DNA from: Rubrivivax sp.
GTDB taxonomy: Bacteria > Pseudomonadota > Gammaproteobacteria > Burkholderiales > Burkholderiaceae_C
DNA: 64,000 nucleotides
Assembly (NCBI GenBank): GCA_016788525.1
Contig: JAEUPD010000222.1
Span: 557 to 64,556 of the forward strand
Reading direction: 5' to 3'
The position numbers and the translations under genes are program-made. Below, piece after piece: positions 29,146 to 39,347 of this stretch; within the stretch, counting starts at the first letter, position 1; each line of letters starts with the position of its first letter. The notes beneath the pieces were generated by a model. It worked only from the letters and a program-made list of their open reading frames with translations, did no database searches and had not been told where the DNA came from.

Positions 29146-30369
29146 TCAGGCGCGGCGGCCGCCGTTGCCGGCCGCCGCCGGGGCGGGACCGAGCCCCGGC
29201 TTCTTCGGCGGAGCCGGCTCCTCGCCGCGCACGTCGATGACGATCTCGGTGAAGCTGGCGGCTTCGGGTTCGTCCTTCTTCTGTGGCGTCACGCGCGAGA
29301 TCGGCGTCTGCTCGTTCTGCAGCCGCCACAACAGGTTGGTCGGGCTGTCGGCGTAGGCCATGCCCTCGTCGCGCGAGACGACGCCGTCGTTGATCAGGCG
29401 CGCGATGTCCTGCTCGAAGGTCTGCGAGCCTTCGGCCAGCGACTTCTCCATCGCCTCCTTCACGCCGGAAATGTCGCCCTTCTCGATCAGCTCGGAGATC
29501 AGCTTGGTGTTGAGCAGGATCTCCACCGCCGGCACACGCCCACCGGCGTTGCTGCGCAGCAGGCGCTGCGAGACCACCGAGCGCAGGCCGCTGGCCAGGT
29601 CGGAAAGCAGCGTGGGCCGCGCCTCGGGCGTGTAGAACGACAGGATCCGCCCCATCGCGTGGTAGCTGTTGTTGGCGTGCAGCGTGGCCAGCACCAGGTG
29701 GCCCGACAAGGCGTAGCTCAGCGCCGAGCTCATCGTCTCGCGGTCGCGGATCTCGCCGATCATGATGCAGTCGGGCGCCTGGCGCAGCGCGTTCTTCAGC
29801 GCCACCTGCAGCGTCTGCGTGTCGCGCCCCACCTCGCGCTGGTTGACGATGCTCTTCTTGTTGCTGAACAGGAACTCGATCGGGTCCTCGATGGTCAGGA
29901 TGTGGCCGGTCATCTGCTGGTTGCGCCACTCGATCATCGAAGCGAGCGTGGTGCTCTTGCCGGTGCCGGTGGCGCCCACCATCAGGATGAGGCCGCGCTT
30001 GTCGGTGACGAGGTTCGACAGGATGTCGGGCAGGCCGAGCGTCTCGAGCGTGGGAATGACAAACGGGATGCAGCGGATTACCGCGGCGATCGAGCCGCGC
30101 TGCTTGAACGCCGAGAGGCGGAAGCTGCCCACGCGCTGCATCGAGATGCCGACGTTCAGCTCGCCGGTGTCGTCCAGCTCCTCCAGCTGCTGCGGCGTGA
30201 GCATCTCGGCCAGCAGCTGGCGCGTCTGGTGCTGGGCGAGCAGCTGATCACTCAGCTGCAGGATCTGGCCGTGGATCTTGATCAGGATCGGCGTGTTGGC
30301 GGCCATGTACACGTCGGAGGCGCTCTTCTCCGCCATCAGGCGAAGCACGCGCTCGAGGTTGTTGGACAT
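29146..30369 (-). CDS. pilU: PilT/PilU family type IV pilus ATPase (PilU-like)
   Basis: ASDVY, GATGTGKSTT, TIEDPIE, NQREVG.DT, ALRQAPD, GEIRD, ATLHAN. Confidence 0.9.
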   Translation of the reverse strand: MSNNLERVLRLMAEKSASDVYMAANTPILIKIHGQILQLSDQLLAQHQTRQLLAEMLTPQQLEELDDTGELNVGISMQRVGSFRLSAFKQRGSIAAVIRCIPFVIPTLETLGLPDILSNLVTDKRGLILMVGATGTGKSTTLASMIEWRNQQMTGHILTIEDPIEFLFSNKKSIVNQREVGRDTQTLQVALKNALRQAPDCIMIGEIRDRETMSSALSYALSGHLVLATLHANNSYHAMGRILSFYTPEARPTLLSDLASGLRSVVSQRLLRSNAGGRVPAVEILLNTKLISELIEKGDISGVKEAMEKSLAEGSQTFEQDIARLINDGVVSRDEGMAYADSPTNLLWRLQNEQTPISRVTPQKKDEPEAASFTEIVIDVRGEEPAPPKKPGLGPAPAAAGNGGRRA

Positions 30370-30407
30370 GGCGAATACTCCGACGTTTAGGACAGGGGGC
30401 GTGGCCA

Positions 30408-30531
30408 AGTGGCCGCCGCGGATCCGGCTTTGCCGGTCCGCTGGCGGCGCCCCCTCGAGGGGGGCGAGTTGGACGGGGAACAGTCCGGGGGACTGTTCCT
30501 CGCCGCGAGCGCGAAGGCGCTTCGGGGGTGG
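30408..30531. repeat. REP-like multi-hairpin intergenic element
   Basis: CCGCCGCGGA-TCCGGCTTTGCCGG-TCCGCTGGCGG; CCCCCTCGAGGGGG; GGAACAGTCC-GGG-GGACTGTTCC. Confidence 0.65.
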
Positions 30532-30536
30532 ACCAT

Positions 30537-31385
30537 TCAGGGCCGCAGCAGGTCGTTGATGCTGGTCTTGCTGCGTGTCTGCGCGTCGACGCGTTTGACG
30601 ATCACGGCAGCGTACAGCGAGTACGGCGTGCCGTCTGCGCACTTCTTGGGCAGGCCGCCGCTGACGACCACGCTGCCGCTGGGCACGCGGCCGTAGGTGA
30701 CCTCGCCCGTCTCGCGGTTGAACAGCGGCGTGCTCTGGCCGATGTACACGCCCATGCCGAGCACCGAGTTCTCCTCGACGATGACGCCTTCGACCACCTC
30801 GCTGCGTGCGCCGATGAAGCAGTTGTCCTCGATGATGGTCGGGTTGGCCTGCAATGGCTCGAGCACGCCGCCGATGCCCACGCCACCCGACAGGTGCACG
30901 TTCTTGCCGATCTGCGCGCAGCTGCCCACCGTGGCCCAGGTGTCGACCATCGTGCCCTCGTCGACATAGGCGCCGATGTTGACGTAGCTGGGCATCAGCA
31001 CCGCCCCCTTGGCGATGAAGCTGCCGCGGCGCGCCACCGCGGGCGGCACCACGCGCACGCCGGCTTCGCGCAGCGCGGCGTCGTCCAGGTGCGCGAACTT
31101 GGTGGGCACCTTGTCGTAGAAGCCCAGGTCGCCGGCACGCATGAGCCGGTTGTCGTTGAGCCTGAAGCTCAGCAGCACCGCCTTCTTCAGCCACTGGTTC
31201 ACCACCCACTCGCCGACGCCGCGGCGCTCGGCCACGCGCAGGCGGCCGGCGTTGAGCTCGGCGATCACCGCCTCCACCTGCTCGCGCACCTGCGGCGCGT
31301 TGGTCGCGCTGAGCTGCGCGCGCGCCTCCCCGGCGTTGTCGATGGCGGCTTGCAGCTTGGGCAGGTCGGCGGTGTGGGTGCTCAT
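30537..31385 (-). CDS. dapD: Tetrahydrodipicolinate N-succinyltransferase
   Basis: [43 protein letters not shown]. Confidence 0.98.
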   Translation of the reverse strand: MSTHTADLPKLQAAIDNAGEARAQLSATNAPQVREQVEAVIAELNAGRLRVAERRGVGEWVVNQWLKKAVLLSFRLNDNRLMRAGDLGFYDKVPTKFAHLDDAALREAGVRVVPPAVARRGSFIAKGAVLMPSYVNIGAYVDEGTMVDTWATVGSCAQIGKNVHLSGGVGIGGVLEPLQANPTIIEDNCFIGARSEVVEGVIVEENSVLGMGVYIGQSTPLFNRETGEVTYGRVPSGSVVVSGGLPKKCADGTPYSLYAAVIVKRVDAQTRSKTSINDLLRP

Positions 31386-31399
31386 GGGTTCGCGCTCGG

Positions 31400-32647
31400 T
31401 CAGGCCGTGGCCTGGCGGGTGAGGTCGTGGGTGTAGGCGACGATGCGGCGGGCGGCCTCGCGGCACTCTTCGGGCGTGGCCACCAGCGCCATGCGGACCC
31501 GGCCACGGCCCGGGTGGGTGGCCTGGCCACCGGGCCCCGGTGCTTCCCTGGCGAGCAGCCGCCCCGGAAGGACCGCGACATTGTATTGAGCGAGCAGCCC
31601 GCGGGCCCATTGCACCTCGTCGGCGATGGGCCCCCCGCCGGGGGCCGCAGGCACGCCGGCCCAGAGGTAGAAGGCGGCGTCCGGCAGCTTCACGTCCAGC
31701 ACTTCGGCGAGCATGGGCGTGACCTCGGCGAACTTGGCGCGGTACAGCTCGCGGTTGTTCACCACGTGCTCCTCGTCGCCCCAGGCGGCGATGCTGGCGC
31801 GCTGCACCAGGCCGCTCATCGCGCTGCCGTGGTAGGTGCGGTACAGCAGGAACGGCTTGACCCACCTCGCGTCGCCGGCGACGAAGCCCGAGCGCAGCCC
31901 GGGCACGTTGCTGCGCTTGGATAGCGAGGTGAAGGCCACGAGGTTGCGAAAGTCGTCGCGGCCCAGCGCCCTGGCCGCTTCGAGCGAGCCGAGCGGCGGC
32001 TCGCTGCGGAAGTAGATCTCCGAATAACACTCGTCGCTGGCGATGACGAAGCCGTGGCGGTCGGAAAGCTCGAACAACAGCTTCCACTCTTCCAGCGGCA
32101 TCACCGCGCCGGTGGGGTTGCCGGGCGAACACACGTACAGCAGTTGCGTGCGCGCCCACACCTCGGCGGGCACCGCGTCCCAGTCGGCGGCGAAGTTGCG
32201 CGAAGGGTCGCTGGCCAAGTAGTGCGGCCGCGCGCCGGCCAGCAGCGCCGCACCCTCGTAGATCTGATAGAAGGGATTGGGGCACACGACCGTGGCCCCG
32301 GGTTTCGTGTCGTCGATGACCACCTGCGCAAAGGCGAACAGCGCCTCGCGCGAGCCGTTCACCGGCAGCACCTGCGTGGCCGGGTTCAGCGCCACGCCAT
32401 AGCGGCGCTGCACCCAGCCGGCCATCGCCTCGCGCAGGGCCGGTTCGCCGGCAGTGGCCGGGTAGCCTGAAAGCGCTGGCAGCGCCTTCACCAGCGCCTC
32501 TTCGATGAGCGCCGGTGTCGTGTGCCGCGGCTCGCCGATCCCCAGGCTGATGGGCGGCAGGTGGGCGGCCGGGCGGATGTCGGCCGTGAGCTCGCGCCAG
32601 CGCTCGAAGGGGTAGGGGTGCAGCAGCGCCAGACGCGGGTTGACCAT
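31400..32647 (-). CDS. dapC: Succinyldiaminopimelate transaminase
   Basis: [47 protein letters not shown]. Confidence 0.96.
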   Translation of the reverse strand: MVNPRLALLHPYPFERWRELTADIRPAAHLPPISLGIGEPRHTTPALIEEALVKALPALSGYPATAGEPALREAMAGWVQRRYGVALNPATQVLPVNGSREALFAFAQVVIDDTKPGATVVCPNPFYQIYEGAALLAGARPHYLASDPSRNFAADWDAVPAEVWARTQLLYVCSPGNPTGAVMPLEEWKLLFELSDRHGFVIASDECYSEIYFRSEPPLGSLEAARALGRDDFRNLVAFTSLSKRSNVPGLRSGFVAGDARWVKPFLLYRTYHGSAMSGLVQRASIAAWGDEEHVVNNRELYRAKFAEVTPMLAEVLDVKLPDAAFYLWAGVPAAPGGGPIADEVQWARGLLAQYNVAVLPGRLLAREAPGPGGQATHPGRGRVRMALVATPEECREAARRIVAYTHDLTRQATA

Positions 32648-32670
32648 GGCGCAGGATTATCCTTGGCGTG

Positions 32671-33855
32671 ATGACCGACGCCTCGCGCGAAGCCCCCTTG
32701 CCACGCACCGTGCCCATGGCACCCGTGGCGCCGGCCGATGCCGGGGCGCAGGACCTTGCTGCGCTGCCGAAGGGCTTCGACCCGACATCGCTGCGCTTCG
32801 CGCTCGCCTGGGTGCTGCCGCTGGGCGTGGCGGCGGCGGCCTGGCGCTCGCCCTGGGCGGCGTGGGCGGCCATGTTCGCCTGGCAGGTGATGTTCGCGCT
32901 GCTGGAGTTCGTGCCCGCGCTGAAGCACTCGCCGCCGGCGGTGCGGGCCTCGGGCTGGCACCGCTGGTGCATCCGCGTGCATGTGCCGCTGCAGGCCGCG
33001 CTGCTGGGCTTTGCGCTGTGGCTCGTGGCGCGCGGTGCCGAGGGCGGTGCGTTCGCTGGTTTCGGGCACTTCGGCGTGGGCGAAGCCGTCGCGCTGGGCA
33101 TCGCCGTGGGTGGCGTGACCGGCAGCCACGGCATCACCTTTGCCCATGAGCTCGGGCACTCGCGCTCGCGCGCGGACCGGCTGCTCGGCTGGCTGCTGAT
33201 GGGCAGCGTGCTGTACGCGCACTTCATGGTCGAGCACTACCGCGGCCATCACCCGCGCGCGGCCACCCGCGACGACCCGGCCAGCGCGCGCCGAGGCGAG
33301 ACGCTGTGGCGCTTCCTGCCGCGCACCCTGGCCGGCAGCTGGCGGAGCGCCTGGCGGCTTGAGGTGGCGCAGCTGGCGCAGTTGCAGCGCGGCTGGCACC
33401 GCAGCCCGCTGGCCTGGGCCACCGCGGCGCAGGCCGCCGGGCTCGCGCTGCTGGCGCTGTCGCTCGGGCCGCTGGCGCTGCTGTTCTGGCTGGTGCAGGC
33501 CGGCTACGCCGTGTTCCTGCTCGAAGCCATCAACTACATCGAGCACTACGGGCTCGTGCGCGCGCCGCAGGCCAACGGCCGCCCGGAACCCTTCGGCGTG
33601 AACCATGCGTGGAACGCCGACCACCTGGTCACCAACAGCGTCATCGCCAACCTGCAGCGCCACAGCGACCACCACATGCACGCCTGGAAGCCCTACGCCG
33701 AGCTGCAGCCGCTGCCCGGCCCCGAGCTGCCCACGGGCTATGCCGGGTGCCTGTTCCTCGCCTCGGTGCCGCCGTGGTGGTTCCGGGCCATGGAGCCGCG
33801 GCTGCGGGCGCTGGAGCGCATCCGCGGCGGCGAAGCGGCCGTACCGGCGGTGTGA
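32671..33855 (+). CDS. alkB: Alkane 1-monooxygenase family (membrane di-iron hydroxylase)
   Basis: [27 protein letters not shown] histidine boxes. Confidence 0.9.
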   Translation: MTDASREAPLPRTVPMAPVAPADAGAQDLAALPKGFDPTSLRFALAWVLPLGVAAAAWRSPWAAWAAMFAWQVMFALLEFVPALKHSPPAVRASGWHRWCIRVHVPLQAALLGFALWLVARGAEGGAFAGFGHFGVGEAVALGIAVGGVTGSHGITFAHELGHSRSRADRLLGWLLMGSVLYAHFMVEHYRGHHPRAATRDDPASARRGETLWRFLPRTLAGSWRSAWRLEVAQLAQLQRGWHRSPLAWATAAQAAGLALLALSLGPLALLFWLVQAGYAVFLLEAINYIEHYGLVRAPQANGRPEPFGVNHAWNADHLVTNSVIANLQRHSDHHMHAWKPYAELQPLPGPELPTGYAGCLFLASVPPWWFRAMEPRLRALERIRGGEAAVPAV

Positions 33856-33889
33856 ACCCCGCCGTCGGCCCGAGCTTCGAGCCTCCTTC

Positions 33890-33926
33890 TCGCCCCTCCG
33901 GCCCCTCTCGCCCCTCTCGCCCCTCC
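33890..33926. repeat. 9-bp tandem repeat (x4), unit about CGCCCCTCT
   Basis: Seen directly upstream of the hydrolase start. Confidence 0.7.
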
Positions 33927-33929
33927 CGC

Positions 33930-34757
33930 ATGCGCGCCTTGTGGACCCTGCCGCTGGCCATCGCCGCGGTCTACGGGCTGCTGCTGGTGCTGCTGTGGTT
34001 CGGGCAGGAGAGACTGATCTTCCTGCCGTCCAAGCTGCCGGCCGAGCACCGCTTCAATTTCGGTGCCGACGTTCACGAGGTGTGGATCGACCGTGCCGGT
34101 GCAAGCGAGGACCGCGTGCGCCTGCACGCGCTGCACCTGCGGCTGCCCGCGCCCGACGGTGTCGTCTTCTACCTGCATGGCAACGCCGGCAATCTGGACA
34201 GCTGGTTCTCCAACGCCGAGTTCTGGCGCCAGGCGAACCTCGACCTGTTCATGCTCGACTACCGCGGTTACGGCAAGAGCGACGGCCGCGTGCAAAGCGA
34301 GGCGCAGCTCCTCGACGACGTGCGCGCGGCCTGGCAGCAGGTGGCGCCGCCATACGACGGCAAGCGCCGCATCGTCTTCGGCCGTTCGCTGGGCAGCGCG
34401 CTGGCGGCCAAGCTGTCGGTGGAGGTGAAGCCCGACCTCACGCTGCTGGTCTCGCCCTACGAGAGCCTGGTGGCGCTGGCCGCCGAGCACTATGCCTGGG
34501 TGCCGCGCGCGCTGCTGCGCTACCCGCTGCGCACCGACGAGGCGGTGGCCCGGCTGGCCAACCCGCTGGTCATCGTGCATGGCGAGCGCGACGAGATCAT
34601 CGCGCTGCACCACGCCGAGCGACTGCTGGCGCGCGCCGCTCCCGCCGCGCAGGCGCGGCTGGTGCGCGTGCGCGGCGCCGGGCACAACGACCTGCAGCTG
34701 TTTCCGGAATATCTGCAGGGGCTGCGCGCAGCGTTTGACGCGGTGCCGGTCAGGTAG
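33930..34757 (+). CDS. Alpha/beta hydrolase (ABHD13/BEM46-like)
   Basis: QERLIF.P, LHGNAGN, DYRGYGKS, GRSLG, HGERD, GAGHND. Confidence 0.9.
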   Translation: MRALWTLPLAIAAVYGLLLVLLWFGQERLIFLPSKLPAEHRFNFGADVHEVWIDRAGASEDRVRLHALHLRLPAPDGVVFYLHGNAGNLDSWFSNAEFWRQANLDLFMLDYRGYGKSDGRVQSEAQLLDDVRAAWQQVAPPYDGKRRIVFGRSLGSALAAKLSVEVKPDLTLLVSPYESLVALAAEHYAWVPRALLRYPLRTDEAVARLANPLVIVHGERDEIIALHHAERLLARAAPAAQARLVRVRGAGHNDLQLFPEYLQGLRAAFDAVPVR

Positions 34758-34847
34758 GCGCGCGTCGTTGTCGACGGTCAGGGCTCTGAGCGAACGGGGT
34801 CCTCGAGCGGAAGGGCATCGAGAGGAGGCGTCCGACGGCGGATGGCG

Positions 34848-35125
34848 GGATCGGGCCGGCGAGGTGCCCAGCTCCGTTCATGTCCTTTTCTGAGTGCCCT
34901 GCTGCGCAGGGCACTCAGATGCACCCTTCACTTCACTGCGCTGGGCACCCCGTCGGCCCGATCCGGCACCACCTGCGGCGTACGAGCGGTCGGCGACCGC
35001 AGCGAGTGCCCGCCAAGGCCGCCGGGTGGTTGCCGTAGCGAAGTAAAGGATGCATCTGAGTGCCGCGCGAAGCACGGCACTCAGAAAAGGACATGAGCGC
35101 AGGCAACCACCCGGCGGCCTTGGCG
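34848..35125. repeat. Structured non-coding element: two inverted hairpin units of about 115 nt with a conserved internal loop
   Basis: Units 34848-34964 and 35011-35125; outer stems pair 23/25 and 24/24 with different sequences; shared core GAAGTRAAGGRTGCA-TCTGAGTGCC..GGCACTCAGA-AAAGGACATGA. Confidence 0.85.
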
Positions 35126-35201
35126 CGCCACAACCGTCAAGAGGAGACCCGACCCAACCCTCTCGATCGCCCGCTCAGCAGCGCCCCGCGCCAGCCGGGA
35201 T

Positions 35202-36281
35202 TCACCCCGGGCAGAACCGCGCCCTGTCCTCCGCGCTCCCCCGCAGCCGTTCGGCAAAGTAGTGCTGCAGCATGCCCGCCGCGGCACGCTGCGAAGCCGC
35301 CGGCAGCAACGGCCCGAGGTCGGCCACCCAGGCCGCGCTGCACTCGGCCACCGGCTTGTCGCTGGTGGCGCAAAGCAGCAACCCTTCGAATGCGCGGCGG
35401 TAGCGCTTGAAGTCATCGCGGCTCATCACCGGCCCGTGGCCGGGCACCACGCGCTCGAACGGCAGCGCCTCGAGTTCACCCATCGCCGCGCGCCAGGTCT
35501 CGGCGCAAGCGGTGTCGAGAAACGGCGCCGGCAGCGTGACGAAGTCGCCCACCGCCAGCGTGCCACTGGCGCGGTCGAGCACCCACGCGTCGCCGCCGCT
35601 CACGCCGCGCAACACGCCCACGCGCAGCGCACGGCCGGCCAGTTCGATGTCGCGGGGTGCTTCTTCGAGCACCACGTCAGGCAGCAGCAGCGCGCGCTCG
35701 GCGTACAGCGCGCGGTCGATCTCGATCATGCGCCGCGTGTCGGCATCGGTGGCGGGGTCGGCGAGCATCCGCGCCAGGTCGGCGTCCGAGGCCGGCATGC
35801 GCCGCTCGATGGCTTCGCGCACCGCAGCGCTGGCGTGCGTGCGCAGGCCCGGCAACGCGCGTCGCAGCAGCGCGTTGCCACCCAGGTGATCGAGGTGCCA
35901 GTGGGTGTTGATGACCGCGCGGATGGGCTGAGCGCGCCGCCGCGCCCACTCACGCAGCGCGCCGGCGTGTTCGGCATGGCGCCCGGTGTCGATGATCACC
36001 AGGCCTTCGCGGCCTTGCAGGATGAGGCTCGCGCCGTCGGGCTGCCGGCCGCGCTCGAAACGCGAGGGCAGCCACCACACGCCGTCGGCGAGTGGCTGCA
36101 CCTCGCCGACGCGGGCTGCTGCGCCTTCCGCCGGACGCAAGGTGAGCGTCTGCGCGGTCACCGGCTGCACCGCCGCCAGTGCCGCCACTGACAGGGCCGC
36201 GGCGAGCGGCCCACCGGCGGCCATCGCGGCGGTCGCCATGGCAAAGCGAAGCATCGACCACGTCCTCCGCAGGGATCTCAT
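35202..36281 (-). CDS. Exported MBL-fold metallo-hydrolase
   Basis: IIDTG, NTHWHLDHLGGN, VGD, VPGHG; signal-like N-terminus; start uncertain. Confidence 0.88.
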   Translation of the reverse strand: MRSLRRTWSMLRFAMATAAMAAGGPLAAALSVAALAAVQPVTAQTLTLRPAEGAAARVGEVQPLADGVWWLPSRFERGRQPDGASLILQGREGLVIIDTGRHAEHAGALREWARRRAQPIRAVINTHWHLDHLGGNALLRRALPGLRTHASAAVREAIERRMPASDADLARMLADPATDADTRRMIEIDRALYAERALLLPDVVLEEAPRDIELAGRALRVGVLRGVSGGDAWVLDRASGTLAVGDFVTLPAPFLDTACAETWRAAMGELEALPFERVVPGHGPVMSRDDFKRYRRAFEGLLLCATSDKPVAECSAAWVADLGPLLPAASQRAAAGMLQHYFAERLRGSAEDRARFCPG

Positions 36282-36437
36282 CGCCACCCACCCTCCCTCG
36301 AGCCGCCACGCGCCGGTGCGTGGCGCCGGTCGTCCAACGAGACCCATCGCACCCATCCTATCGTGCGTCGCAGCAGCCGGGCCGCCGCGGGTGGGAGTGC
36401 ATGCCATCGGGGCGGCGCACGTTGAACGGGACCGCGT

Positions 36438-37538
36438 TCATCCCCGTCGGCCGAACCCGGCTTCGCGCGCCCGCACGATGGCCTGCGAGCGGTTTTCGAC
36501 GGCGATGCGGTCGAAGATCGCCGAGACCTGGTTGCGCACCGTCTTGTCCGACAACGCCAGCCGGGCGGCGATCTGCGCGTTGTCCAGCCCCTGCGCGATG
36601 AATTCCAGCAGCTCGCGCTGCCGCACGGAGAGGGCGGGGAAGACATCGTCGGCCGCCGCATTGCCGCGGCCGAGGAAGTCGACGACGGCATCGAGCCAGC
36701 GCTGCCAGCCGGGCTCGCTTTCCAGCAGCAGGTGGTTGCCGCTGTCGATGGGCACGAAGCGCGCGCCCGAAATGCCGCCGGCCAGCAGCCGCCCCTCGGC
36801 AAAGGGCACGCGCACGTCGCGCTGGCTGTGCAGCACCAGCGTCGGGCAGGCCACCTGCGGCAGCAGCGCCATGACGTCAATGACGTTGAACTCGCGCATG
36901 AAGCGCGCGGCGTTCTCGGGGCTCGTGCTCAGGCGCTCCATCTCGTTGAACCAGCGGTGCTGCTCGGCCGTGCCGCCGGGGATGAACTGGCTGGTGAAGA
37001 ACTGGCGGAACGACGCGTCGTCCTTGCCCCAGCCGAGTTCGGCCAGCCGGGCCATCGTCTCGGCCTCGTCGCGCTGCTCGGGCGTGTCGCTGCGCACCAG
37101 CCGCCCGCGCGCGTAGCCGCCGTGCAGCACGAGGTGCGTCACGCGCTCGGGGTGGCGCACCGCATAGGCGATGGCCACCGCGGCGCCCTGCGAGATGCCC
37201 AGCAGCGCGAAGCGCTCGGCGCCGCAGGCCGCGACGATGCACTCGAGGTCGCGCACCCAGCTGTCGAACGTCAGATCGGCCACGCGCCAGTCGGACAACC
37301 CGCAGCCACGCTCGTCGTAGCGCACGAAGCAGGCGCGCCGGCTCAGGCCATGGAGCACGTGGCGCCACACCGGGCTGTCCCAGTCCACCTCGAGGTGACT
37401 GAGCCAGGTGGCGGCCTTGATGAGCATCGGCGCGCCCGGCCCGGGTGCACGCGCGCTGCTCGCCCAGGCCAGCCGCACGCCGTCGCCGGTGGTGGTGAAG
37501 CGGATCTGCTGCTGCAGCGGGGCGGCCGGGGTGGGCAT
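36438..37538 (-). CDS. Alpha/beta-hydrolase-fold sensor fused to LuxR-type HTH regulator
   Basis: RYDERGCGLSD, LGISQG, GNH; LSVRQRELL...NAQIA...SDKTVRNQVS. Confidence 0.92.
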   Translation of the reverse strand: MPTPAAPLQQQIRFTTTGDGVRLAWASSARAPGPGAPMLIKAATWLSHLEVDWDSPVWRHVLHGLSRRACFVRYDERGCGLSDWRVADLTFDSWVRDLECIVAACGAERFALLGISQGAAVAIAYAVRHPERVTHLVLHGGYARGRLVRSDTPEQRDEAETMARLAELGWGKDDASFRQFFTSQFIPGGTAEQHRWFNEMERLSTSPENAARFMREFNVIDVMALLPQVACPTLVLHSQRDVRVPFAEGRLLAGGISGARFVPIDSGNHLLLESEPGWQRWLDAVVDFLGRGNAAADDVFPALSVRQRELLEFIAQGLDNAQIAARLALSDKTVRNQVSAIFDRIAVENRSQAIVRAREAGFGRRG

Positions 37539-37704
37539 GGGTTCATCCTAGGGCAACGCGGCCGGTCCGGGACGGTTGTCCCGCCCGGCGCGCCGGCGAC
37601 GCTCCCCCGACGGGGGGCGGGCCGGGACATCTGCACCGCGACAGCGTAGTCGGCGTTCGAAGAATCCCCCTTCGGCACAGCCCGCCGCCGAAGGAGGCCC
37701 CGCA

Positions 37705-39207
37705 ATGAACACCATCGCCCTGACCGCGGCCGCGCCGCGCCGCTTTGCGGACCTGCCGTCGCCGCGGGCGCTGCCGGTGCTCGGCAATGCGCACCAGATC
37801 CAGCCGGCACGCATGCACCTGCAACTGGAGCAGTGGGCGCGCGAGCTGGGCACGCCGTATCGCATGCGCATCGGCCCGCTCCAGGTCATGGTGGTCGATG
37901 ACCCCGAGGTGGCGCAGACCGTGCTGCGCGACCGCCCGAGCGGCCTGACGCGTGCCTCGATGTTCCGGCCGATCTTCGCCGAGCTCGGCATCGACGGCCT
38001 GTTTTCCACCGAGGGCGACGACTGGCTGCCGCAGCGCAAGCTGATCATGGGCTCGCTGGCCGCCAGCAACTTCCGCGGTTTCTTCCCGACCATCCGCGCC
38101 ATCACCGAGCGGCTGCACCGGCGCTGGCAGCGCGCGGCCACCGCCGGCGAGGTGCTGGAGATGACGCAGGAGCTGATCCGCTTCACGGTGGATGTGACCA
38201 GCGCGTTGTCCTTCGGCGACGACCCCAACACGCTGGAGCAGAGCGGCCACGTCATCCAGGACCACCTGGCCGCGATCTTCCCGGCGATCATGAAACGCAC
38301 GCTGGCGCCGGTTCCACACTGGCGCTGGTTCAAGCTGCCGGCCGACCGGCGGCTGGACCGGCACCTGGCCGCGGTGCACGCCTACGCGCACGAGTGCATC
38401 GCCAAGGCGCGCGCGCGCCTGGCCGCGCACCCGGGCGCCGAGCCGGCCAATGCGCTCGAAGCGATGCTGCTGCAGGCGGACCAGCCCGGCAGCGGCTTCA
38501 CCGACGAAGTGGTGGTGGCCAATGTGCTGACCCTGCTGCTGGGTGGCGAGGACACCACCGCGCACAGCCTGGCGTGGACGATGATGTACCTGGCGGCCGA
38601 CCCTGCGCTGCAGCAGCACATGCACCATGCGGCGATGGAGGCGCTCGGCTCCGAGAGCGTGTGCACCGCGCACGAGGGCGTGCGCGAACTGGAGGTCTTC
38701 GAGCACCTGGCCACCGAGGCCACGCGGCTGCGGCCGGTGGCGCCCTTCCTGGGCCTGGCCGCGACGCGCGACATGGTCATCGGCGAGGTCGAGGTGCCCC
38801 GCGGCACGCAGGTGATGACGCTGTTCCGCCCGGCGCAGATCTCGCCGCGGCACTTCAGCGCGCCGCTGCGCTACGACCCGATGCGTTGGCAGCGCGGGCG
38901 CGGCCACTCGGGCGATGGCGACGCCGCGGTGCATGATCCGCGCGCCTACCTGCAATTCGGCGCCGGGGCACGCGTGTGCCCGGGCCGGCACCTGGCGGGG
39001 GTGGAGATGCGCCTGGTGCTGTCGATGCTGCTCAAGCATTTCGAGGTCGAACTCGCCTGCGACCCCGGCGAGATCGACGAGGTGCAGAACTTCACCGTCA
39101 CGCCCAGCAAGATGCCGGTGCGGCTGCGCCTGCGGCAGCCCGCGGCGCAGGGTGGGGTGCGCGCTGCTCCGGCCGGCGCCGCACGCTGCCCGTTCGGGCA
39201 CGGCTGA
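37705..39207 (+). CDS. Cytochrome P450
   Basis: AAGGAGG RBS; GGEDTT I-helix, EATR, FGAGARVCPG heme-binding motif. Confidence 0.95.
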   Translation: MNTIALTAAAPRRFADLPSPRALPVLGNAHQIQPARMHLQLEQWARELGTPYRMRIGPLQVMVVDDPEVAQTVLRDRPSGLTRASMFRPIFAELGIDGLFSTEGDDWLPQRKLIMGSLAASNFRGFFPTIRAITERLHRRWQRAATAGEVLEMTQELIRFTVDVTSALSFGDDPNTLEQSGHVIQDHLAAIFPAIMKRTLAPVPHWRWFKLPADRRLDRHLAAVHAYAHECIAKARARLAAHPGAEPANALEAMLLQADQPGSGFTDEVVVANVLTLLLGGEDTTAHSLAWTMMYLAADPALQQHMHHAAMEALGSESVCTAHEGVRELEVFEHLATEATRLRPVAPFLGLAATRDMVIGEVEVPRGTQVMTLFRPAQISPRHFSAPLRYDPMRWQRGRGHSGDGDAAVHDPRAYLQFGAGARVCPGRHLAGVEMRLVLSMLLKHFEVELACDPGEIDEVQNFTVTPSKMPVRLRLRQPAAQGGVRAAPAGAARCPFGHG

Positions 39208-39347
39208 CCGGGTCGTCGGCGGGCCACGCGGTGGTCACGCCCGAGACGCTGCCCAACCTGAAGCGGCCGGCGGCGCGTGGGCGCCGATGCGCGTCGTGCC
39301 GAGGTGGATGCCGGCCCGTGGGACGGCGTGTGCCGCAAGGGGCCGGC

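Noticed and set aside
29146-33227. Apparent long N-terminal extensions or fusions of PilU (811 aa) and DapD (896 aa); likewise QueF (790 aa, 39809-42181)
   Set aside because: The extensions overlap other real genes. Family-typical starts lie at 30369, 31385 and 40279.
34848-35125. Possible CRISPR mini-array or hammerhead ribozyme
   Set aside because: Units are inverted rather than direct repeats with spacers, no cas genes are present, and no CUGANGA/GAAA core is in the right arrangement.
35202-36281. Metallo-beta-lactamase resistance gene
   Set aside because: HxHxDH only shows the MBL fold; nothing in the sequence or context supports beta-lactam specificity.
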